Shown here: positions 9,955-18,865 of the stretch, piece by piece
How positions within the stretch are numbered: the stretch's first letter is position 1
How the letters are laid out: the number at the start of each line of letters is the position of its first letter
From: Geosiphon pyriformis uo1
Lineage: Eukaryota; Fungi; Glomeromycota
NCBI GenBank assembly: GCA_016748015.1
Contig: JAAOMT010000182.1
Coordinates: 1-21,581 of the forward strand
Length of the DNA stretch: 21,581 bases
Direction: 5' to 3'
Translations under genes and position numbers: made by a program
Notes under the pieces: generated by a model
Database searches by the model: none
The model's input: only the letters and a program-made list of their open reading frames with translations
What the model was told of the DNA's origin: nothing

Positions 9955-10335
9955 TTATTTGTGACAAACTATCAGCATTTCTGTTTTTTTTTTCTTTTTT
10001 TATAATGTAGTATATATTTAAATAGTAAAAGTTTTATTTTCTATCTAACATAGTAGTCATTTCCAAATTTTTGCTTCTGAATTAATGTCAATCTTTTGTG
10101 ATCAGTGTATATGTCAAATTTTTGGTTTAAATATTCTTTCTATTTCATAGCTGCTTAATAAATAGTTAAGTGCTCTAATGCTGGTGTTTTATATTTTTTT
10201 TTAGCTGGATTTAAATTTCAGCTAACATATGTTACTGGGTGTTTTCTTCTATTTGGTTCTCTCTGCAATAATACTGCTTTCAATACTTGACCAAATACAT
10301 TAGTAGTAATAATGAATGACTTGCTGTTATTTAGA
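9955..10335 (-). pseudogene. RNase H of element C
   Basis: Motifs: FIITTNVFGQVLKAVLLQ (for TDAS..GlGAvL.Q), HPVTYVS*NLNPAKKN (for aYaSr.L.paE.nY) and NADSLSQ (for nADaLSR). Confidence 0.8.
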
Positions 10336-10339
10336 TAGA

Positions 10340-11300
10340 TCAATACTGGTGCTTAGATAAGCTTTCTTTTTAAAGTATTGAACACTTCTTATTGCTCTTC
10401 AGTCTATTTATATTTCACATTTTTGGCTTGAAGCTGGTAGAATGGTTAAGCTATTTTTGAGAAATTTTGAATAAAGTAGTAATAGTATCCAGCAAATTCC
10501 AAAAATGTTCATAGTTTTATCAAATTTGTTGATACTGAAAAGTTTCAATTTTGTTTGAATCTGTTTTGATATTATTCTTGCTTATAACATGCCCTAAAAA
10601 TTTCAATTCTGTTTTGCCGAAAAAACACTTGATTGTATTCAGTTTTAATTCTGTTTTTTTCAATCTTTTAAACACTTGTTAGAAATAATACAAATGATTA
10701 TTAAATATTTTGAGAACACATTAGTGTTATCTAAATATACAATTACTGATTTCTATAGTAGTTTAGTATAAACAATTTCTATAAACTGTTGAAATATGGC
10801 TGAAGCATTAGTTAAGCCAAATGGCATAATTTCAAATTCGAAATTTTTTTCTCTAATAGTAAACATGGTTTTTTCTTTGTCTTTTAGTTTCATGACTACT
10901 TGTTGATAACCACTATCTAAATCCAGTGTAGAAAATCATTTTTTTTCTCTAAAAGCATCGAATAATTCTTAAATCTATGGAGTTAGATAGCTGTCTCCAT
11001 AAGTAACACCATTGAATTTTCTGTAATTCACACAAAAGCAGATTTTTTATTTTTTTTATAGACTAGTACCACTAGTAATGACTATAGACTTATTAATGAT
11101 TAGATTAATTTATTGTTCAACATTTTGTTGATTTTTTGTTGAATGATTTTATGGCTGGCTGGTGGCACTTAATATGCTTTCTGTTTAATTGGCATTGTAT
11201 CTTCAGTCTTAATCTAATGTTGGATAATATCAGTTTGGCCAAATTTGTTTTTATTGGCAAAAATGTAAATAAAATTGTTAAATAACATTTTAAGCTGCAT
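10340..11300 (-). pseudogene. Reverse transcriptase of element C
   Basis: Motifs: PIKQKAY; FCVNYRKFN (for cvDYRkLN); FSTLDLDSGYQQV; MPFGLTNASAIFQ; VYLDN at 10726-10740 (YLDD with D>N). Confidence 0.93.
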
Positions 11301-11761
11301 TTTTTAAAGTAAGTCTAGATTTCCCAAGTTTATCTGTTTCAATTGTTTTGGTTAGAGCAAATAACATTCTTCTTGTTTATATATTGTTTGTAATATAATG
11401 TCCACAAATTTGCAAAGTTGTAAAAATTTAAAATAGTGCTTGGTGGTTGGTTTTTAACTTTAATGCTTAAGTATTTAATAATAATTTCACTTGGTATTTC
11501 AATAATGTTTTCAGTTGTATTGTGAATAAAAATTTTGATGTGTTTAGAATTTTTGGCTGATATGTAAAGATTGATGAGTTCAATTTTTTTTGATTCACAA
11601 ATTGTAGTTTCTACTTCAAAAATTTGAGCTTGATTCTTTATTTTCCTTTTTATGGCTAATATGTACTGGTTATATAGTAGAATAGAAATTGATTGATGGG
11701 TGAAGATAATTTCTCCCTTGTTAATAACTTTTTCTTCTGCCATGTTAACTAGTATATCTAT

Positions 11762-12178
11762 TCTACTCATAAATCCAAATCTATTGATTCCTCTTGCTGT
11801 TATTCCTAATTTCTCTCTTTTTCTCACTAATACTAACTGAGCTATTTTAACCAAAGACAAAAATATTGCCTGTGCTATCTTTTTATTTGGTTCAATAATA
11901 TTTTTTTTTTCTGAGTCATTTTGTAGTATTTCTATATATTTTGTATCAATTATTCCTTTTTTAATGTTTATTCCCTTCTTTGCTAAACTAAATCTAGATG
12001 TTAATTGTATCATAGTTGTTGCTAGAATCTCTAGTACAACTTTCAGATTAATACAAGTCCATGAATGTGGTTCTAATTTGATGGCATCTTTTCTTGGATA
12101 TCTTAGATTAAATTCTGCATCAGTATCATGTATTTGTTCTGGTATAATACTTTTCATATTATTGCTGAACCATTTTAG
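11762..12178 (-). pseudogene. dUTPase domain within pol, between protease and RT
   Basis: All five trimeric dUTPase motifs appear in order, decayed, in ORF 11339-12391: DAEFNL (AGfDL), SRFSLAKKGI (RSsla..Gi), GIIDTKY (GiIDsgY), KIAQAIF, RGINRFGFMS (RG..GFGSt). Confidence 0.88.
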
Positions 12179-12409
12179 TTTCTGCTTTTTGAAAAAATCA
12201 GGAAGTGCAATGTATTGTTCAGGGTTATCATTGGAGTTTGAATTGTTGTCATTGTTATTGCTTTTTAAAACTGAGCTGGAATCATTGTTTTTATTGTCAT
12301 CATTAAAGTTTGAATCAGAATTAAAAATTGATTCTGATTTTGATAAGCAGCTGCTGATTGGTTTTTCTTTCTCTGAAATTGTGTAGATCATAAATGATAG
12401 TGGATTGTA

Positions 12410-13050
12410 AATAAGATCATACTTATTACAATATTGAAAGTCACATAAAATTAAACAGTAGTCACATAGTCAAGTGTTTAGTTGTTCTAAACATTGCTCT
12501 TGCTTTTCCCTAGTGAGTGCTAGGTCTTGATAATATTTGTAGAATTGTTCTGAATTCATATTATTGAAAACAATATCAGGGTTTGAGGTCCAATTAAGTT
12601 TTATGAATTCTAGTAGGCTATTTTTGATTTCTTTTATTTTTTTTTTGATGTGCTTTCAATTTTGGCAAGAGCTATTTACCAAATTTTGTTGTTATTGTGT
12701 GAACAATTATCTAAGCATTTTACTGCTTTTCTTTAGACAGCATCTATTGGTGTTTTTTTGTGTATTCAATTGCTAATTAAAATTATGTATTAGTACAATT
12801 CATCACACGTTTCTTTTTTTTTAGGAATGTTGTTCCATATTTTTTTGTCAAGAAAAGTTTTTTCATAAGTTAGGCATAGTTTATTGTCCTATTTTTTTTA
12901 TTACTTAGATCATCCAAATTGTTCAAAAATGCATAAGTGGCAGTAGTATTTCATAGCTATTGGCCAGTCTTTATTGTTATTACAATATGCATTCATTTTT
13001 GACAATTTCTTACCACAATTAACACAAATTAGCTTGAATTGACAATAGTT
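12410..13050 (-). other. Cys-rich putative zinc-binding region of pol, between protease and dUTPase
   Basis: Relic CxxC-type pairs: LICVNCGKKL, YYCHLCI, LCLTY, TCDEL, LCDYCLILCDFQYCNKY. An acidic/Asn-rich linker follows (~12200-12390). Confidence 0.6.
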
Positions 13051-13249
13051 TGGCTGTAGTTGAATAGTAATGGTATAGATTATATATGTGGAGATGATTG
13101 CTTGAGTTTTTTTTTTTTTTTTCTTTCTATATAGGTATTGGTGATAGATTGTTGTGGTTAGTGTCAATCTATAAAACTTGGTAGACTTCCTAAGTAGGTT
13201 TTTTTTTTTTTTCGAATTTGATTAGTGGTAGCAGTTGGATAGTACTTGT

Positions 13250-13640
13250 TTTAAAATGGCTGCAAGTGGCAGGTACTTAAATTTAGTAGTCATTTTAACT
13301 GAGCTGAAGCTTTTATATAGTTCAATTAAGAATAGCATTGGTTTTGAACAGCCAGTTATTACCAAAAAGTACTTAGTACTGAGTGGCTTCTATAACAAAA
13401 ACTTTGATTGACACAATAATATTACTGACTTTAAAAGAGAAATTATCAATTTTGTCTATTGGAGTCTTTATTGCCCTATTAGCTATGATTATTTATGTAC
13501 TGACAACATAATTAATTTGGTGACCTAATTAATCTATAAGTTGTTAAATAATAATGCTACTAACTAATCTACTGTTTAAAATCAGTTTGATAGACTGACC
13601 ATCAACTTTGGCATCTGTATATATTGCAGTAATGAGTTTT
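13250..13640 (-). pseudogene. Retropepsin aspartic protease of element C
   Basis: AIYTDAKVDGQSIKLILNSRLVSSIII (for LiLDSGs.gSii; DSG>NSR by G>A changes), followed by the glycine-flap region and VLFGNNWL (for llG.dwl). Confidence 0.8.
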
Positions 13641-14230
13641 AATTTTAGAGTGGCTCTACTGAATAATGGCATTTTAACTGGTTTTTTGAATTCAAAAGGA
13701 AAGATGGCAGTAAGTAATTCATTTTTAGTAATAATTATTGACAGTATGTTGTTGATAAAGAAATGCTTTTGTTTAGATTCTAGCTTATTAAATAATATAT
13801 CTTCTGAAGTAATCAGAAGACTTAAATAGTTCTGGGAATTTGGGTTAGGGTTATACTCAGTTTCCAAACTTTGCTGGCATAATCTTGATAGTTGTTGTGA
13901 TGTGCTAGGGATCAATTGATGCATTACTATCACTAATCACCAGTTTTGTTAAGTGTTGGTGATTCTTGGTCTTGAATTTCTGAACATTTAAGCTGGAATT
14001 TGTGATGGTATTTGAAGTTGTTAAAGTTAATAAATTACTTGTGGCTGTAGTTGATATATTACGAATACTGGAGGCTAATAAATTGGTAGTGTGTATATTT
14101 GCTGCATTATTGGTGGGTAATAAGACTGATATTGATTTTGATTTAGATGGTAATTCAGAGTTTAAAACTTGTGATCAGGGCTTTAATATTAATTTTCTGA
14201 TTGTTAATAGTTGGTATTGAATCTGGCATA

Positions 14231-14272
14231 GCAATCAGCTCTTATGTGGCCTTGTTTATCACAATTATAACA
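14231..14272 (-). other. Gag CCHC zinc knuckle
   Basis: CYNCDKQGHIRADC matches CX2CX4HX4C. Confidence 0.92.
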
Positions 14273-15907
14273 CATGTGCATTTCTTGTTGTCATGGTTAA
14301 TTAGCTGATGATAAGAGACACATTTGATTTTGAAAATGATTAAAGTTTCTTAAATTGTTGCAACGTTGTGAAGGTTGATAGATTGTCTGATTATTAGCTA
14401 AGTATTTTTTAATTTTCTGATTAATTAAATCACTAAATTGTTTCAATTTGGAATCCAATTCAAATAATTTATTCATTACTAGATTTATGACTTGGGTGTA
14501 GTTAGCTTTGAGTTTCACTAATTCAAAGTCTTTGGTGTATATAACTGCTGCTTGCAGGTTGGCTAGATATAATAGACATATATGTTAGAAGATACTACTG
14601 CATAGACCACAAATAAACTGGTTCAAGATTTGTAATTCTGTAAAATAGTTGGCATTAATTGCTTTGATCTGGTGCAGATTTTGATAAAAGCATTCCAAGT
14701 AAGTAGTGACTATTTTAACATTCTCTTGTTTTATAATGGTAAATATATTGGCTAAACAGTTGATGTTGTTATTATTACTAAAATATCTTAGAAACTTAAG
14801 TTTAAAGGCATTGAAATCTTAGAGTTTATTTGTAAAGCTTTAATATCACAAGTTGGCAGTATTCTGTAAAAAGTATGAGATGGCTTGTAGTGTTTTGGCA
14901 TTGTTCTATTCATTAATTGTGATAGTTTTTTTTACATTATTTAGTCACACTTGTGCATCATTTTCCTTACCAGTAAATTTTTCAATTTTGGTGATTGGGG
15001 TGTATGCCATTGGTGCAATTGGTTGTTAGAACTGTTAAAGTTGTTGTTGTAGTTGTAATTGTTAAGATTTTTTGGCAATTGGTTCAATTGGTGGTTGATT
15101 AATCATAATTACTGGAAGTAAGTTTTGCTAATTAATAATGTCAGAGTTGAGATTGTTCTGATTTTGCTGAGCTTAAATATTTGAAGTTTGAACTTTCAGG
15201 TTTTCTAAAATCAGGTTTTGATAATTAAATTTCTGATCTTTGTCCTCTTTTTTTTCTGATTCCATAATTTTTCAAGGACTAACAGTTTCAAAATTTGGTT
15301 GAAATAATAATGATTGAACTCCTAATGGCATTAGTAATTGCAATTTAAATCCTTTAAAATAATTACTGTAAGTTCCCAATAATTTTGCTTTCTTCTGTTT
15401 ACTTTGAAATAGAAGTTGGGCTGATGTTGTTCTTGTATTTGATGTAGATGTGTCTGTTAATAAGATGTTAATAGTACTTCTAGATATATAGAGATAAGAT
15501 GGATTGGTTGGTAATTTAACTCTTATTTTTTTTCAAGTAGGTAGTATTCTCTAAGATATTACTGTTGGTGTTTGTAGTTTTTTTTTGTTTTTGTTTGCAT
15601 AGGTGATTAGATATCTTTGTTGAATGTGATTTTCAATTTTTTAGTTGATTTTAATAATAATTAATGCAAAATTATGAGTTACTGGTAAGCTGGTATTTTG
15701 AATTAATTTATTGTAAAAATTTTCTTTTGCTGATTTGGTATTTACTGGTGTTTTTAGAAAATATAAGATTTTTTTGTTGATGTAAAAATTAAAGACTGAT
15801 TCTGCTGATAGATAGTTGCTAGTTAATTTTAAGTGTTGACAGTAGTTTTGGAATAAGGATTTGACAAATCCTAAATAGTCTGTTTTTATCCTTTCTGATT
15901 CTGCCAT
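14231..15907 (-). pseudogene. gag of element C (long N-terminal extension, capsid, nucleocapsid)
   Basis: ATG 15907 lies just downstream of the PBS (MAESERIKTDYLGF...). A capsid-like block starts at ~15008 (MAYTPITKIEKFTGKENDAQV*L...FKLKFLRYFS...QILNQFICGL) and the region ends in the CCHC knuckle. Stops are numerous. Confidence 0.8.
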
Positions 15908-15950
15908 TTTTAAATGGTGGTTTATTAGTGCTGGTTTTTTGTAGAATTAT

Positions 15951-15968
15951 ATCTTACAGAGAGCACCA
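15951..15968 (-). other. Primer-binding site, resembling the 3' end of an elongator tRNA-Met
   Basis: The minus strand reads TGGTGCTCTCTGTAAGAT, 2 nt inside the LTR's CA end. The plus strand reads ATCTTACAGAGAGCACCA, a tRNA-like 3' end with CCA. The tRNA identity is inferred. Confidence 0.75.
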
Positions 15969-15970
15969 AA

Positions 15971-16753
15971 TGTTACAAGTAATTATTTGGAATATTAAAA
16001 CAAATAACAAACCCATAACTTGGTACTTAATAGTTGATATGATTAGTAATATCTAAAGGTTTTAGTGATTTGAAGGTTTTGGATTAAGTCCTTTGTATAA
16101 TGAACAGAGATTTAATAATTGTTTCAGTCACCTTCTAGAATTACAATTCTGTCAATTCTTTTTTCAGTGTGATGGCTGGCAATCTTCTAGTAAGCTATTC
16201 TCAAATCTGAGTGTCTACTCTTATTTCTGGGTCTTTTACCAGTGCCTTATTCTAATATTAATATTCTGCATGTTAATTTTTTTAAATCAATTAGTAAATT
16301 AATAATAAAACAAAAAAAAAAGAATAAAAAAAATAAAGAAATGAAAATGAAAAATAAGCCAAGGCAAGTTAGTATTTCATCAATAGCTGTCATTAAGAGC
16401 TATTGTTTTAGTGTAATCAAGTATTAGTTACTATTAACATGAAATGTTAATAATGAACAATTAGGTTGATATAATCAATAAGTATATTTATTGAATATAT
16501 AGATTTTAACTAAGAAGTAGAACTAAGATGTCTGTCTTTTCTGCTTTAAATACTATCACTATATATATATAATTAAGATTCCTCAATTCCTTAATTCTTT
16601 ATACCAGGAATTTTGTAATTCCTCATAAGAAATCCTAGAATTCTAGAATCCTGTAATTTTGTAATTCCTCTAAGAAAAATCTTAGAATTCCCTGTTTACT
16701 ATGTCTACTTTTAATTGGTTAATTTATATGATTCTTATATTTTATAAGTAACA
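15971..16753 (-). repeat. 5' LTR of element C (783 bp)
   Basis: Termini are TGTTAC...GTAACA, next to the PBS and flanked by ATAT (16754-16757). Short GAATTCC/AATCCTGTAATT repeats occur at ~16605-16692. Confidence 0.9.
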
Positions 16754-16757
16754 ATAT

Positions 16758-17370
16758 AATTATAATAAATAATTAATATTAAGTTTTTTGGCTTAATAAA
16801 TAATTTATTTTGGTGTTTATACTCTTTTAACAAGTAATTTTATTTTTTATTATTATATCTATGTTTTTTTTGATGTTTTTTATCAAACAATCTTTAATAT
16901 TATAATTTTAATACTTTTTCTTTAATCAATTAACAAACAAAAAAAATAGCAAGAAAAATAAATTAATATTTTATCAATAGTCATAATTAAAAGCTATTGT
17001 TTCAATATTGTTAAATTAATATGTTTAATATAAATAGCATTAAAATATAAAAAGCATTTTGGATTTCAATAAAATAAGTCAAAGTTTATTAAAAAATAAT
17101 TTTAAATATTTTTTAATAATAATGTTTATTAAGTTGGTTATAATTTGGTTAAAGTAATAATAAAAACTAAACTGATTTTAAAGTATGCTTGTTTGGTTCT
17201 AAAATGTTTTTTTTGGCTTTTAATACTTTTACTATATATATAAATCTTTGTAATATGGAATTTCAAAAATTTCAAAAATTTTTTTAAATTATCACTAGAA
17301 TTTCTGGCAATCCTAAAATCTTTGGCATTTTTATTAATATTTCTGAAATTCTTAATATTATATGTTCTGA
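16758..17370 (-). repeat. Older, more decayed LTR related to family C
   Basis: 16960-17010 (TTTTATCAATAGTCATAATTAAAAGCTATTGTTTCAAT) matches 16373-16412. The TATATATA plus GAATTT repeat block at 17230-17350 mirrors 16560-16690. Boundaries are uncertain. Confidence 0.55.
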
Positions 17371-17384
17371 TAATTTATTATTTT

Positions 17385-18510
17385 TTAATTGGCTCTTTTA
17401 TATTATCTTATTTTTTGTTTTCTATACAAGTAATAGTAATTATAAGAATCATCATAAAAAAAAACTTTTTTGTTGCTAATTCACATAATAACATAGAAAA
17501 ACTATAAATATTATCAGCAAAAGTAAATTTTTTTTCTCTTAAAACTTCTGGTAGAATGTATGAAATCACTCTAAATATTTTTTTTTTTCGTTGTTGTTGT
17601 TGCTTCATTGTTTATAAGTTGACATGTCCCAAAATTATAAATATTTACTCTAGAAATACCTAATTGTAAGATGTTGTTTAAATATAAATTATGATGAACT
17701 ATACCAAAAAAATAAATATTATTAAGTCTAAAAGCTATCTAATGAGTAATATTTAATTTACAAGACCAATTTACAGAATAAAAATTTGTTGATAAATATT
17801 TTCACATGTTTCCATGTTTGGTAAACTCCATCACAATTCCATATTTGAATGTTTTAGCATTTTGCTTAATCTCATAGATAGAGATTTAGTTACTTAAATA
17901 GCCATTCTTATTAATTTCAATAACTCTTTGAATATTTAAAACTATAAAAAAATAAGTAAATAACATATATATATATATATATATTGAGTAATATTAAATA
18001 ACAATAAGTAAATATGAATTAATAGAATTTGAATTTATTATTAAATATAAATATAATTAATAATAGTTTTTGTTTACTTTTTTAAACACTTCTTTACTGT
18101 TTGTCAACATAATTTATATTGCTACTTTTTTTCCTACTTCTCATTTTCCATATTCTATTAAACCATAATGTTTTATAGAATATTTATTAATTAATCTATC
18201 AATTAGGGTTGCTTTATAAATTTTAGTTAACCCTTCTCTAACAATTTTGTTGATATTCGACAAATGATCCCATTAGATTGATTAGGTAGAATATAGATTG
18301 GATTCTTAATTATTTTTTCAACTACTTTATTGCTACTTGAAAAGTTACATTAAAGTTTTTTTTAAAAATATGAGCCAGTATGCTTTACAATGATTAAAAT
18401 TATTATTAAGAATACTCTCTTGACAGAGTAAACACAGGTTGCAATCATGTATTTCTGAACAAGTTCTTTTAATTTCTTTGGATTTCCATAATGTATAAGT
18501 GTGGATATAG
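17385..18510 (-). pseudogene. Tyrosine-kinase-like protein kinase pseudogene with one intron (~17942-18077)
   Basis: Subdomain relics occur in order: KIVREGLTKIYKATL (Gly loop), KVAI* (VAIK), YGIVMEFTKHGNM, IVHHNLYLNNIL (HRDLhsgNIL), IYNFG (isDlG), YILPEVLR, NIYSFSMLLCELATKKFF. The intron is GT..AG. Catalytic residues are destroyed and the C-terminus is truncated. This family is known to be expanded in AM fungi. Confidence 0.85.
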
Positions 18511-18781
18511 TTTTAAATATGAAAAAGTTATAATTTGAAGAGAGCTTTTTTAAATCTTTTATTAATAGTACATTTAGAAAGTAAGTAATTTCTTAAAGAC
18601 AGAGTCTCTCTTTATGCTAATGTTTCTCTATGTTGCACAAATTATAAAATGACAGTGTGAAATCTGAGATTAAGAAAAATTTAATCAATGAAAATTTACT
18701 CTCTTAGACTCGCAAAAATTCTAAGCTGCTATTGGGATTAGAAATTTGGCTATCACAAAAGTTATACAACCTATTTTCGAT

Positions 18782-18806
18782 TACATTGGTTCAGCCAATG
18801 TATTGG
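18782..18806. promoter_or_regulatory. Inverted CCAAT-box pair (8-bp stem palindrome) plus a third ATTGG
   Basis: TACATTGG-ttcag-CCAATGTA spans 18782-18802 and overlaps ATTGG at 18802-18806. It lies ~280 bp upstream of the kinase relic. A regulatory role is only inferred. Confidence 0.3.
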
Positions 18807-18865
18807 TTAGTGAAAAATAATTTGATTTTATAACTTATATTTTATATTAATACCCTAATACTCTA

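Larger units (their letters stand above)
7371..16753 (-). mobile_element. Near-complete decayed Ty3/Gypsy LTR retrotransposon, family C, carrying a dUTPase
   Basis: It has two homologous direct repeats (7371-7955 and 15971-16753), a PBS, and the domain order gag-CCHC-PR-Cys-rich-dUTPase-RT-RH-IN-ORF3. RT-RH-IN is the Ty3/Gypsy order. Confidence 0.93.

Noticed and set aside
13841-13853. GGGTTAGGGTTA telomere-like motif
   Set aside because: It is only two units and encodes NPNPN in the minus-strand polyprotein.
11964-14220. Plus-strand ORFs 11964-12386, 12564-12776, 13608-13829 and 14002-14220
   Set aside because: They are antisense shadows of the gag-pol frame with no recognisable motifs.
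15945-15970. tRNA gene (ends in CACCA)
   Set aside because: Only ~18 nt match a tRNA 3' end and no cloverleaf is present. Its position next to the LTR identifies it as a PBS.
16093-16427. Small ORFs within LTR C (and 3113-3298 in LTR B)
   Set aside because: The LTR C ORFs are not kept open in the second LTR copy and are of low complexity. The LTR B ORF has no motif support.
17966-17983. (AT)n microsatellite
   Set aside because: It is a short, ordinary repeat inside the kinase intron.
17385-18510. Functional protein kinase gene
   Set aside because: The VAIK lysine is a stop codon, the HRD/DxG motifs are destroyed, and there are frameshifts and a truncation.
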